Positions 17,887 to 26,888 of a stretch of 64,000 nt of DNA are shown one piece after another. Position 1 is the stretch's first letter. Every line of letters begins with the position of its first letter. Below the pieces are notes generated by a model that made no database searches, was not told the origin of the DNA, and worked only from the letters and a program-made list of their open reading frames with translations. Source of the DNA: Alphaproteobacteria bacterium (GTDB taxonomy: Bacteria > Pseudomonadota > Alphaproteobacteria > Rhizobiales > Beijerinckiaceae); NCBI GenBank assembly GCA_021325385.1, contig JAJPHH010000202.1, forward strand, positions 65,023 to 129,022, read 5' to 3'. A program made the position numbers and the translations under genes.

Positions 17887-19845
17887 ATGCTCGATTTCCA
17901 GCGCGCTCGCGAGGATATGGTCGAAACCCAGATCGCGCGCCGCGGCGTGCGCGATCCTCTCGTCCTCGCCGCGATGCGCGAAGTCCCGCGCGAGACGTTC
18001 GTCGCGCCCGGCCTGCGCGACTTCGCTTATGACGACGCGCCGCTGCCGATCGGCGAGGGGCAGATGATCTCGCAGCCCTATATTGTCGCCCTGATGATCG
18101 AGACGGCCGCGGTGAAGCGCGGCGATAAAGTTCTCGAGGTCGGCGCCGGATCGGGTTACGCCGCGGCGGCGCTGAGTCGAATCGCGGCGAAGGTCTACGC
18201 GATCGAGCGACGGGCGAACCTCGCCGAGGCCGCGCGGCGACGGCTGCGCGAGCTCGGTTACGAAAATGTCGACCTGCGCGTCGGCGACGGCGCGCAGGGC
18301 CTCGCCGAGGCCGCGCCGTTCGATGTCGTTTTGGTCTCCGCCGGCGGACTCGCCGCGCCGCCGAAGCTGCGGGAGCAGCTTGCGATCGGCGGGCGTTTGG
18401 TCATTCCCGTCGGCGCGCAACCAGGCGAGCAAAGGCTTCTCAAGATCACCCGCCAGGCCGAAGATCGCTTCACGACCGAGGATTTCGGCCCGGTGAGCTT
18501 TGTGCCGCTCGTCGTCGGACGGGAGGAAAGGCGCGACGCGCCCGCCGGCGAGACGACGAGCGCGCTGATCGCCGACGCCGCCGACCTTTTGCCGGCCATC
18601 GACAGTTCCGAGCTCGGTCCGCTCTTCGACCGTTTTGCGGCTCGGCGGATCGTGCTGCTTGGAGAATCTAGCCATGGCACGTCGGAATTCTATCGAGCGC
18701 GCGCGGCGATCACGCGCCGTCTCGTCGCCGCACACGGATTCCGCATCGTCGCGGTCGAGGCGGATTGGCCCGACGCCGCGGTTATCGATCGCTTCGTTCG
18801 CGGCAAGCCCCTTCCAGCTTCCGCCTCGCCGCCCTTCACCCGCTTTCCGACTTGGATGTGGCGCAACACTGACGTCGCGGCGTTCTTGAGCTGGCTGCGG
18901 ACGTACAATAGCGGCGTCGCGGCCGACCGGCAGGCGGGCTTTTACGGGCTCGATCTCTACAATCTGAGCGCCTCGATCGCGGCGGTCCTCGCTTATCTCG
19001 ACGAGCGGGATCAAGCGGCGGCCGCGATCGCCCGCGAACGCTATGGTTGCCTGAACCCTTGGCGAGGCGAGCCGGCGGATTATGGCCGCGCCGTGCTGAC
19101 CAAAGACTATCGGCGCTGCGAAGAGGAGGTCGTCGCGCAGTGCCGCGAGTTGTTGCAACGCCGGCTGGCTTATTCCGGCGGCGACGTCGAGAGCTTCTTC
19201 GACGCCGCGCAAAACGCGCGCCTGATCGCCGCCGCCGAGCGCTATTACCGAGCCATGTATTACGGCGGACCGCAATCCTGGAATTTGCGCGACAGGCATA
19301 TGTGCGAAACGTTGGCCCATCTTCTCGACGCGCACGGCGCAGAAGCGAAGGCGGTCGTCTGGGCGCATAATTCTCATATCGGCGACGCGCGTCACACCGA
19401 TTTGGGCGAGGTCCATGGCGAGCTCAGTCTCGGTCAGCTCTGCCGTGAGCGCTGGGGCGACGATGTCGCCCTGATCGGCTTCGGCACGCATAGCGGCGAG
19501 GTGGCCGCCGCGTCCCATTGGGACGGCGAGATGAAGATCGAAACCATCCGTCCCTCGCATCGCGATAGTTACGAGCGTCTTTGTCACGAAGCGGGGCTGC
19601 CGCAATTCCTGCTCGACCTTAGGCGCGACGAACGCGTTCGCGAGCGCCTCCTCTCTCCGCGGCTCGAGCGTATGATCGGCGTGATCTACCGGCCGCAAAC
19701 GGAGCTTGCGAGCCATTACGTTCGCGCCTCGTTGCCACAGCAATTCGACGCTTATCTCTGGTTCGACCAGACTTCGCCCGTCACGCCGCTCGGCGGGCCA
19801 GCGGCCGAGTCGCGTGCGCCGGAGACCTATCCGTTCGGGCTCTGA
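17887..19845 (+). CDS. Protein-L-isoaspartate O-methyltransferase fused to an erythromycin-esterase-family domain
   Basis: N-terminal VPRE-F, ISQPY, LEVGAGSGY; C-terminal LLGESSHGTSEFY, WNLRD, VWAHNSHIGDAR, QFDA. Confidence 0.9.
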   Translation: MLDFQRAREDMVETQIARRGVRDPLVLAAMREVPRETFVAPGLRDFAYDDAPLPIGEGQMISQPYIVALMIETAAVKRGDKVLEVGAGSGYAAAALSRIAAKVYAIERRANLAEAARRRLRELGYENVDLRVGDGAQGLAEAAPFDVVLVSAGGLAAPPKLREQLAIGGRLVIPVGAQPGEQRLLKITRQAEDRFTTEDFGPVSFVPLVVGREERRDAPAGETTSALIADAADLLPAIDSSELGPLFDRFAARRIVLLGESSHGTSEFYRARAAITRRLVAAHGFRIVAVEADWPDAAVIDRFVRGKPLPASASPPFTRFPTWMWRNTDVAAFLSWLRTYNSGVAADRQAGFYGLDLYNLSASIAAVLAYLDERDQAAAAIARERYGCLNPWRGEPADYGRAVLTKDYRRCEEEVVAQCRELLQRRLAYSGGDVESFFDAAQNARLIAAAERYYRAMYYGGPQSWNLRDRHMCETLAHLLDAHGAEAKAVVWAHNSHIGDARHTDLGEVHGELSLGQLCRERWGDDVALIGFGTHSGEVAAASHWDGEMKIETIRPSHRDSYERLCHEAGLPQFLLDLRRDERVRERLLSPRLERMIGVIYRPQTELASHYVRASLPQQFDAYLWFDQTSPVTPLGGPAAESRAPETYPFGL

Positions 19846-19869
19846 ACGGCTCTCCCCGGCCGCCATTCG

Positions 19870-19894
19870 GGAACGCGGCGACGCGAAGCCCGTT
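19870..19894 (+). promoter_or_regulatory. EcfG/SigT-type promoter for the SDR-DUF6496 unit
   Basis: Exact GGAAC-N16-CGTT. Confidence 0.75.
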
Positions 19895-19932
19895 GAGATT
19901 GATCAGGGAGCTTTCGCCGCGTGGAGCTTGGC

Positions 19933-20751
19933 ATGACCCATCTCGAACCTGCCGCCGACCAGGGCGCGCCGCGCGTCCGCCGTCTCGATCGCCGCGTCGC
20001 CATCGTCACCGGCTCGGATTCCGGCATCGGCAAGGCGATCGCCGAGGCTTTCGCGCTCGAGGGCGCGGATGTCGCGATCACGTTTCACAGCGATCGGCGC
20101 GGCGCCGAGGCGACGGCGCGCGAGATCGAAAGGGCCGGCCGCCGCTGCGCGATGCGGCAACTCGATGTCGATGACGAGCGCAGCGTCGCCGCGCTGTTCG
20201 ACGCCGTCGTCCACGAGCTCGGTCCGCCCGACATTCTCGTCAACAGCGCCGGAATCGGTTCGAATGAGGCGCCGATCGCGGAGATCGAAACGCATGATTT
20301 CGATCGCGTGATCAAGACCGATCTCTATGGTCCGTTCTTTTGTTGCCGAGAATTCATGCGCCGCCGCCAGGCCTCAGGCGGCGCCGGCAAAATCATCAAC
20401 GTCACGTCCGTCCACGAGGCGATCCCAAGTCCGCGCAACGCCGCTTATGGCGCAGCGAAAGGCGGCCTCTTGACCTTCACAAGAAGCTTGGCGCTCGAAG
20501 CTGCTTCCTTGCGGATCAATGTCAATGCGATCGCTCCCGGCCTCATCCGCACGCCGATGACCGATCGACGCACCGACGATCCGGCGCGGCGCGCCGAGGA
20601 ATTGCCCAATATCCCTTGGCGTCGTCCCGGCGAACCGTGGGAAGTCGCGCGGCTCGCCCTCTATCTGGCGTCCGACGATTCCGATTACGTCACCGGTCAG
20701 AGCTTCACCATCGACGGCGGGCTGGAGATGAACTGGGGGCAAGGCGCATGA
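19933..20751 (+). CDS. Short-chain dehydrogenase (glucose 1-dehydrogenase-like)
   Basis: TGSDSGIG, NSAG, YGAAK, NAIAPG; ATG 19933 has GGAG at suitable spacing. Confidence 0.9.
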   Translation: MTHLEPAADQGAPRVRRLDRRVAIVTGSDSGIGKAIAEAFALEGADVAITFHSDRRGAEATAREIERAGRRCAMRQLDVDDERSVAALFDAVVHELGPPDILVNSAGIGSNEAPIAEIETHDFDRVIKTDLYGPFFCCREFMRRRQASGGAGKIINVTSVHEAIPSPRNAAYGAAKGGLLTFTRSLALEAASLRINVNAIAPGLIRTPMTDRRTDDPARRAEELPNIPWRRPGEPWEVARLALYLASDDSDYVTGQSFTIDGGLEMNWGQGA

Positions 20752-20784
20752 GGCGCGATTGAAGAGGGCGAGAAGGAGACAACC

Positions 20785-21150
20785 ATGCCGCAACGACAAT
20801 CAAGGCCGCAAAAGGAGACCGTGCGCCGCGTCATGCACGAGTTCAAGCACGGCGAACTCCGCATCCGGGGCCGTGGCCCCAAGGTGAAAAATCCGAAGCA
20901 GGCGATCGCCATCGCGCTGCGCGAGGCGGGCGCCTCCAATCGTCAAAGCCCGAAAGAGAAGAGCCGAGTCTTGAGAAAAACCAAGGCCAAGGAAAGGCGC
21001 GGCGAGACAGCGCAAGCGGCGGCGGAGGGGACGAAAGCGAGGCGAGCCGGCAAGACCCGTTCGGAACTCTACCGGCAGGCGCAGAGGCGCGGAATTCCGG
21101 GCCGTTCCCGGATGAGCAAGAGCCAATTGGAGCGCGCGCTTCGCAGATGA
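20785..21150 (+). CDS. DUF6496-like basic protein with a Rho-N-like C-terminal motif
   Basis: VMHEFKHGEL..KVKNPKQAIAIAL-EAG; ELY--A-RRGIPGRSRMSK-QL. Confidence 0.8.
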   Translation: MPQRQSRPQKETVRRVMHEFKHGELRIRGRGPKVKNPKQAIAIALREAGASNRQSPKEKSRVLRKTKAKERRGETAQAAAEGTKARRAGKTRSELYRQAQRRGIPGRSRMSKSQLERALRR

Positions 21151-21177
21151 GGCGCGCGCCCGCCGCGAATGTCTGCT

Positions 21178-21486
21178 TCAGCGATGCCGCGCGGCGGAAT
21201 GATCGCCGTGGGCGCGCTTCTCCGCCGTGTCGCGGCCGACGATCTTGCTGAACAGCGAATCCTCTTCGTAGACAAGGGCGAGCTGTCGCTTCTCGAATTC
21301 CTTGAAGAACTCGTCCCAGGAAATCTCCGTGAGCGCCTCGTGCTCCGATTGAGGATTCTTCGGAAACATGATCCGGATGATGCCGACGTCGCCGTCCTTG
21401 TGCGTGCGGCCGACCGCCGCCGGCTTGCCGCCTTTGGCTTCGGCCCATTTCCGAATTTTGTCGTGATCGGTCGTTGTTTCGGACAT
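21178..21486 (-). CDS. Conserved hypothetical stress-associated protein
   Basis: TTTDHD-IRKWAE--GGKPA and ISWDEFF--F motifs; GGAAC-N16-CGTA upstream at 21548-21572. Confidence 0.75.
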   Translation of the reverse strand: MSETTTDHDKIRKWAEAKGGKPAAVGRTHKDGDVGIIRIMFPKNPQSEHEALTEISWDEFFKEFEKRQLALVYEEDSLFSKIVGRDTAEKRAHGDHSAARHR

Positions 21487-21590
21487 GATGGGTTTCCCTG
21501 CGAGCGAAGCCGCTCGATGAACCGAGACGCCTCCCAGCGTTTCTCTCTACGCGCCAGGCATCCCCAAGTTCCCCGGGGCTTCTGCGATCG

Positions 21591-21995
21591 CTAAGGGCCC
21601 ATCTGCATGGTCCCCGACATCGGCGCCATATTGTGGTTCATATTGCTCATGATCCAGAGGGAGCCGCCGATCACCAGAAAGACGATCAGAACCCCGAAGG
21701 CCAAAGCCATAACGTTGTTTGTATTGTCGGGCCCGGTCGTGATGTGAATGAAAAAGACAAGGTGGACGCCCATTTGCGCGATCGCGAGCACGATCAAGGC
21801 GACCGGGATGCTAGGCGGCCAAACGAGGTTGGCTGCTGGCAGCAGGAACGAGACGACGGTCAGCAAGGCGGCGAGGACGAGGCCGACCAGGTAGCCGATA
21901 ACGCCCTGGGCGACGCCGCTTCCGTCCAAATGCTCGTCGCCCGGCGCAGTATCGAACTCTTCGATCGATGGGTCGTGCGCTTGAGCGTCGCTCAT
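21591..21995 (-). CDS. cyoD: Cytochrome bo3 ubiquinol oxidase subunit IV
   Basis: LAIAQMGVHLVFFIH, GSLWIM. Confidence 0.92.
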   Translation of the reverse strand: MSDAQAHDPSIEEFDTAPGDEHLDGSGVAQGVIGYLVGLVLAALLTVVSFLLPAANLVWPPSIPVALIVLAIAQMGVHLVFFIHITTGPDNTNNVMALAFGVLIVFLVIGGSLWIMSNMNHNMAPMSGTMQMGP

Positions 21996-22645
21996 ACATA
22001 GACTCCCATCAGGTAGACGACGGTGAACAATCCAACCCAGATGATGTCGAGCGCGTGCCAGAACAAGGCGAAGCAGAGAAGCCGCCGCATGATGTCAGCG
22101 CGAAAGCCTTTGGCGAAAACTTGCGCCACCATGGTCAAGAGCCAGAGAATTCCGGCCGAGACATGCAGCCCATGGCAGCCGACCAGCGTGAAGAAGGCGG
22201 ACAGGAACGCGCTTCGCGTCGGCCCGTCGCCATCGGAAACGAATCGCGCGAACTCGCTGATTTCGAGCGCGAGGAACCCGAGTCCCAAGACGCAAGTCGC
22301 CGCCATTGCGATATAGTACCAGCGCGCGCTGCGCGCGGCCGCGGCGATGCTGGCGAGACCGCAAGCAAAACTGGAGAGAAGAAGAAAGGCCGTCTCCGCG
22401 GCCGCGCCGCGGAGATCGAAAAGCTCTCTGCCTGACGGTCCGCCGGCGGTCCGCTCGACCAGCACCGCATAGGTGGCGAACAGCGCCGAGAACATCACGA
22501 TGTCGCTCAGGAGGAATATCCAGAAGCCGTAGCCGACGATAATCCGCTTCGAGGCGGGTCCGCCGCCGCCATGGCCCACGGCCAGGCCATGGCCGTGGCC
22601 CAGCGCGTAAGGGTCGTTGTGCGCGAGGGCGACGGTCTCGGTCAT
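21992..22645 (-). CDS. cyoC: Cytochrome bo3 ubiquinol oxidase subunit III
   Basis: GFWIFLLSD, FLSAFFTLVGCHGLHV, FWHALDIIW; ATGA overlap with cyoB. Confidence 0.93.
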   Translation of the reverse strand: MTETVALAHNDPYALGHGHGLAVGHGGGGPASKRIIVGYGFWIFLLSDIVMFSALFATYAVLVERTAGGPSGRELFDLRGAAAETAFLLLSSFACGLASIAAAARSARWYYIAMAATCVLGLGFLALEISEFARFVSDGDGPTRSAFLSAFFTLVGCHGLHVSAGILWLLTMVAQVFAKGFRADIMRRLLCFALFWHALDIIWVGLFTVVYLMGVYV

Positions 22646-24645
22646 TGATCTCGCCTTAGTCTCGCCAAGGCCGCCTCTCGCGCCTGCCGGTTGGCGCGGT
22701 CGATCCGCGCGACCGTCTCGGCCGGGATGACGTATTCGTCGCGGTCGCGCCAGGCGAAGGCGACAAAAGTCGCATAAGCGCCGACGGCGCCGGCGATGAC
22801 AAGCCACCAGATATGCCAAATCAACGAGAAGCCCATCAAAGTCGCAAAGAAGGCGCAGACGAACCCGGTCGGACTGTTGCGCGGCATCTCGACCGCCTCG
22901 TATTCCGGCTCCTCGCTCAGCTTCAGACGGTCGCGCGCGCGCTGCTTGACGCCCCAATAAGGCTCCTCCCCGGACACGTTCGGCAGGACGGCAAAATTGA
23001 AAGCGGGCGGCGGCGAGGGCGTCGCCCATTCCAGCGATCTTCCGTCCCACGGGTCCCCGGTTTCGTCCCGCAATTCGTCGCGGCGACGGATGCTGACCGC
23101 GAGCTGGACGATTTGGAGGCCGATGCCGATCGCCGTCAGCACGCCGCCGGCGGCCGCGATCAGAATCCAGGGCCGCCAAGCCGCCACATCGTAATGCTGC
23201 AAGCGACGCGTCATGCCCTCCAGGCCGACAATGTATAAAGGTACGAACGTGACATAAAATCCGGCGACCCAAAATATCGCCGCCAAGCGTCCCCAGCCCT
23301 CGTGCAGCCGGAAGCCGAAGGCTTTCGGGAACCAATAGGTATAGCCGGCGAAAGCTCCGAATATCACCGCGGCGATAATAACGTTGTGAAAATGCGCAAC
23401 GAGGAAAAGGCTGTTGTGAAGAACGAAATCCGCCGGCGGAACCGCAAGCAACACGCCCGTCAGGCCGCCTATGGCGAAGGTGATCATGAACGCGACCGAC
23501 CAGATCATCGGCGTCGCGTAGCGAATCCGGCCGCCATACATCGTAAACAGCCAGCTATAGATCTTGACGCCGGTCGGCACGGCGATGACCGAGCTCATGA
23601 TGCCGAAAATCGCATTCACGTCGCCGCCGGCCCCCATGGTGAAGAAATGATGCAGCCACACCATGAACGATATCAGGCAGATCGCCATCGTCGCCATGAC
23701 CATCGAGCGATAGCCGAATAACGGTTTGCCCGAGAACGTCGAGACGACCTCGGAAAAGATGCCGAACGCCGGCAGGACGAGGATGTAGACCTCGGGATGA
23801 CCCCAGGCCCAAATCAGGTTCATGAACATCATCATGTTGCCGCCGGCTTCATTGGTGAAGAAATGGAAGCCGAGATAGCGGTCGAGCAAGAGCATCGCGA
23901 GGGTCGCGGTCAGAATCGGAAAAGCGGCGATGATGAGCAGATTCGACGCCAGCACCGTCCAGCAGAACATCGGCATGCGCATATAGGTCATGCCCGGGGC
24001 GCGCACTTTGAGAATCGTCGTGACAAGATTGATGCCGGCGACCAGGGTGCCGACGCCGGATATTTCAAGCGACCAGAGATAGTAATCGACGCCGACGCCG
24101 GGCGAATACGTCGTTTCAGAGAGCGGCGGAAACGGCAGCCAACCCGTCCGCGCGAATTCGCCGACGATAAGCGAGAGGTTGACCAGCAAGGCGCCAGTCG
24201 CGGTCAACCAGAAGCCGACGGAATTGAGGGTAGGAAAGGCGACGTCGCGTACGCCGAGCTGCAACGGCACGACGAAATTCGCCAGCCCGATCACGAACGG
24301 CATCCCGACAAAGAAAATCATGATCGCGCCATGCGCGGAGAACACCTGATCGTAATGTTCCGGCGGCAGATAACCAGGCGCGCGGAAGGCGAAAGTCTGT
24401 TGTGACCGCATCATCACCGCATCGATGGCCCCGCGGAGCAGCATGACCATCGCCAACAGCGTGTACATGACGCCGATCCGCTTGTGATCGACGCTGGTGA
24501 TCCATTCTCGCCAGAGATAAGGGAGCCATCCTTTGACCAGGACGACGACGAGCACCGCGATCACGGTCGCGATGACGATGAGCGCGGCGAATAGCGGTAT
24601 CGGCTGATCGAAAGGGATCGCCTGCCAGCTCAATTTACCGAGCAC
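22642..24645 (-). CDS. cyoB: Cytochrome bo3 ubiquinol oxidase subunit I
   Basis: WITSVDHKRIG, WAWGHPEVY, VWLHHFFT, AHFH; GTG start with GAGGAGG. Confidence 0.95.
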   Translation of the reverse strand: MLGKLSWQAIPFDQPIPLFAALIVIATVIAVLVVVLVKGWLPYLWREWITSVDHKRIGVMYTLLAMVMLLRGAIDAVMMRSQQTFAFRAPGYLPPEHYDQVFSAHGAIMIFFVGMPFVIGLANFVVPLQLGVRDVAFPTLNSVGFWLTATGALLVNLSLIVGEFARTGWLPFPPLSETTYSPGVGVDYYLWSLEISGVGTLVAGINLVTTILKVRAPGMTYMRMPMFCWTVLASNLLIIAAFPILTATLAMLLLDRYLGFHFFTNEAGGNMMMFMNLIWAWGHPEVYILVLPAFGIFSEVVSTFSGKPLFGYRSMVMATMAICLISFMVWLHHFFTMGAGGDVNAIFGIMSSVIAVPTGVKIYSWLFTMYGGRIRYATPMIWSVAFMITFAIGGLTGVLLAVPPADFVLHNSLFLVAHFHNVIIAAVIFGAFAGYTYWFPKAFGFRLHEGWGRLAAIFWVAGFYVTFVPLYIVGLEGMTRRLQHYDVAAWRPWILIAAAGGVLTAIGIGLQIVQLAVSIRRRDELRDETGDPWDGRSLEWATPSPPPAFNFAVLPNVSGEEPYWGVKQRARDRLKLSEEPEYEAVEMPRNSPTGFVCAFFATLMGFSLIWHIWWLVIAGAVGAYATFVAFAWRDRDEYVIPAETVARIDRANRQAREAALARLRRDQ

Positions 24646-24655
24646 GTCGCCCTCC

Positions 24656-25597
24656 TCAATGCGCGCTGACGCTCGGGTTCGGCCCGCCGCTCTGAGGGCC
24701 GGGACCCGGCGGTATCTTCTGCGTTGCAATCTCCTGAAACAGGTTTTCGTCCGCCAATCGGAAGAGTTTCGGCGGAACGTTCGCGCTTTGCTTGGCGAGG
24801 TCCCTGTAAGCTTGCGCGTCGAGAACGTCGCCGGCGGCGCCAGCCTGCTGCGCCCACCCCGAAAATTCGGCCGGCGAGACCGCATGCACGTCGAAGTTCA
24901 TGTCGGAGAATCCGTCGCCGCTGAAATGGGCGGCCAGTCCGAAAAAAACGCCCGGCTGGTCAGCCTCGAGGTTGAGATGCGTGGTCATGCCGTTCATCGT
25001 GTAGATCATCGTGCCGAGTTGCGGCACGAAGAACACCGTCATCACGCTGCCGGACGTCAGGGAAAATTGCAGAGGAACGCCGACCGGAGCGATCAGCTGG
25101 TTCACGGCTGCGACCTTCTGATCGGGATAGATAAACAGCCATTTCCAATCCAGCGAGACGACCTGGATAGGCAGCGGCTTGTTCGGCGAGGCGAGCGGCC
25201 GCGCCGGATCCAGTTCGTGCGAGCCGATCCAGATGACGCCGCCCAACAGGAGAATGGTCAGAACGGGAATCGACCAGACGACGAGCTCCACGCGTCCGGA
25301 ATAGACGAAACGAGGCAGATATTGCGCTCGCGGGTTCGAAGCGCGGAACCACCAGGCGAATGCGACGATAGCGACGATCGTCGGGATGACGATGGCCAGC
25401 ATGATGGCCACCGAATCGAGCAAGATCGTCGCATTGGCCTCGCTGATCGGGCCTTTCGAATCGAAAACGGCCACGTCGCAGCCAGAGAGGGTCAGCGCAA
25501 GCGCGCCGATTGCCGCGACGCGCTCAAGGACGCGCCAGCGAGGACCTTGCTTCAATTTGGCCAAGCGAAGCCACCGCGGATGCCCGGCAAAAGCCAT
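24656..25597 (-). CDS. cyoA: Cytochrome bo3 ubiquinol oxidase subunit II (lipoprotein)
   Basis: LSGC lipobox, VWSIP, LDWKWLFIYP, MIYTMNGM, FSGDGFSDM. Confidence 0.93.
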   Translation of the reverse strand: MAFAGHPRWLRLAKLKQGPRWRVLERVAAIGALALTLSGCDVAVFDSKGPISEANATILLDSVAIMLAIVIPTIVAIVAFAWWFRASNPRAQYLPRFVYSGRVELVVWSIPVLTILLLGGVIWIGSHELDPARPLASPNKPLPIQVVSLDWKWLFIYPDQKVAAVNQLIAPVGVPLQFSLTSGSVMTVFFVPQLGTMIYTMNGMTTHLNLEADQPGVFFGLAAHFSGDGFSDMNFDVHAVSPAEFSGWAQQAGAAGDVLDAQAYRDLAKQSANVPPKLFRLADENLFQEIATQKIPPGPGPQSGGPNPSVSAH

Positions 25598-25661
25598 CGA
25601 GCTCCTCTCACAGAGCGTCCGCGCAAATGCTGCGCCGCACGGACGAACAGCTTCTAAAACC

Positions 25662-25684
25662 CTATTATATCCAGACTATAATAG
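25662..25684. promoter_or_regulatory. AT-rich perfect inverted repeat upstream of cyoA; candidate operator
   Basis: CTATTATA-N7-TATAATAG, containing TATAAT on both strands. Confidence 0.5.
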
Positions 25685-25710
25685 TAACTCCTGCCGGCCT
25701 ACGCGGCTTT

Positions 25711-25875
25711 TCAGCGCGCCGAGTCTGGCTCGGCCATTTTGCGATATTGCTCGGCGGCGAACTCGGTCTCGGTGGGCCCCGGCGTCAGACACGCGACGGC
25801 GACGCTCGTTTCTTTCAGCTCGTTGCGCAAAGCGAAAGAGAAGGAGTCGAGGAACGCCTTCGCGCCGTTATAGAT
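25711..25875 (-). pseudogene. Remnant of a short-chain dehydrogenase gene
   Basis: Translates IYNGAKAFLDSFSFALRNELKETSVAVACLTPGPTETEF-AAEQYRKMAEPDSAR*; YxxxK and PG motifs present; no start codon between it and the upstream in-frame stop at 25948. Confidence 0.75.
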
Positions 25876-25947
25876 CGTGCGCGCTTTTGCGACAGTCGAT
25901 CGATGCGGCAGGAGCGCCGCCTGCTCAAGAAGCAGACGGCGAGACGT

Positions 25948-26166
25948 TCAACCGGTGCTGCCCATATCGTCTTCCTCGCCGGTCGCCTGAAGCGCGCCCG
26001 CGCCAGGCGTGGCGTCGGGATTGGACAGGCGCGGCGCGGCGTGAGGGCCCGCGGCCGGCGTCTGGTCCGGGCGCGGCGTCTCCTCGGCTTTCTCGGCCGG
26101 CGGCGCGCCGCGGTCGCGCGGAGCCTTGGCCCGGTCGCGGCGAATGCGGGCGTCATCGGCGCTCAT
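25948..26166 (-). CDS. Small low-complexity hypothetical protein (72 aa)
   Basis: ATG 8 bp after the yciF-like stop; PRPDQTPAAGPHA..NPDATPG resembles a small rhizobial protein family (recalled, unverified). Confidence 0.6.
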   Translation of the reverse strand: MSADDARIRRDRAKAPRDRGAPPAEKAEETPRPDQTPAAGPHAAPRLSNPDATPGAGALQATGEEDDMGSTG

Positions 26167-26173
26167 CTTGTCG

Positions 26174-26671
26174 CTAAGCCGCTTTCTGGTTGACTTTGGA
26201 GGTGGCGAGCTGAGTGAGGAGCTTGTCGGTCTTGATCTCTTCCTGCAGCGTCTCGTCGAGCAGCTTGACGGCGTCCTTCATGCCGAGCTGATTGGCCCAG
26301 GTCTTCAGCGTGCCGTAGCGGGCGATCTCGTAATGCTCGACCGCTTGGGCCGAAGCGGCGAGACCCGCGTCCAGAGCCTCCGCGCCTCTGAATTCCTCCA
26401 TCACCTCCTTGGCCTCTTCGATAATGCCGATGATCGCGTCGCAAGTTTTGCCGCGAGCGGGCTTATCGACGATCTCGAACACCTGTTGGAGGCGCTCGAC
26501 ATGGCCCTCCGTCTCGTCCTTGTGCTGCTCGAACGCCTTCTTGAGCTCAGGCGAGCTCGCTTCCCTCGCCATTTTTGGCAAGGCGCGAAGAATCTGCTTC
26601 TCCGCGTAGAAAATGTCCTTCAGCGTTTCAACGAAAAGCTCCTCGAGATTCTTCCCATTCCCACTGGCCAT
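26174..26671 (-). CDS. yciF: Ferritin-like DUF892 protein (YciF-like)
   Basis: LKDIFYAEKQI, ET-GHVERL, KTCDAIIGI, AQAVEHYEIARYGTL. Confidence 0.9.
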   Translation of the reverse strand: MASGNGKNLEELFVETLKDIFYAEKQILRALPKMAREASSPELKKAFEQHKDETEGHVERLQQVFEIVDKPARGKTCDAIIGIIEEAKEVMEEFRGAEALDAGLAASAQAVEHYEIARYGTLKTWANQLGMKDAVKLLDETLQEEIKTDKLLTQLATSKVNQKAA

Positions 26672-26724
26672 TTCAGCCTCCTTTGCATAGAGCCGCCTCC
26701 CTCGCACGAAAGCAGCGGCGACAG

Positions 26725-26749
26725 AACGAGGGCGATCCGCCGTTGTTCC
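26725..26749 (-). promoter_or_regulatory. EcfG/SigT-type promoter for the yciF-like gene
   Basis: Exact GGAAC-N16-CGTT on the minus strand. Confidence 0.75.
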
Positions 26750-26888
26750 CCTGGGACTTGTCTACGCGGGCGCCGGCCGGCGAGGGTCCTCGGCAACAAT
26801 CCGCGCCGCCGAGAATTGTGACCGCTTGCCCGGCTTTTCGCGCCGGCCAACGCGCGGCCGGCGCTCAGACGCTTTACAGGAGGCCTTC

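Noticed and set aside
17887-19845. Macrolide-resistance determinant
   Set aside because: Ere-family domains fused to PCMT are widespread without demonstrated resistance; the context is stress regulation, not a resistance cassette
17317-19866. 849-aa minus-strand ORF, and similar long shadow ORFs (28575-30419, 53694-56063, 59664-62066, 15367-17193)
   Set aside because: Antisense to well-supported genes, no recognisable motifs; expected artefact of stop-codon scarcity in high-GC DNA
25851-25869. GGAAC...CGTT on the plus strand
   Set aside because: Spacer is 10 nt, not 16-17; lies within the SDR remnant
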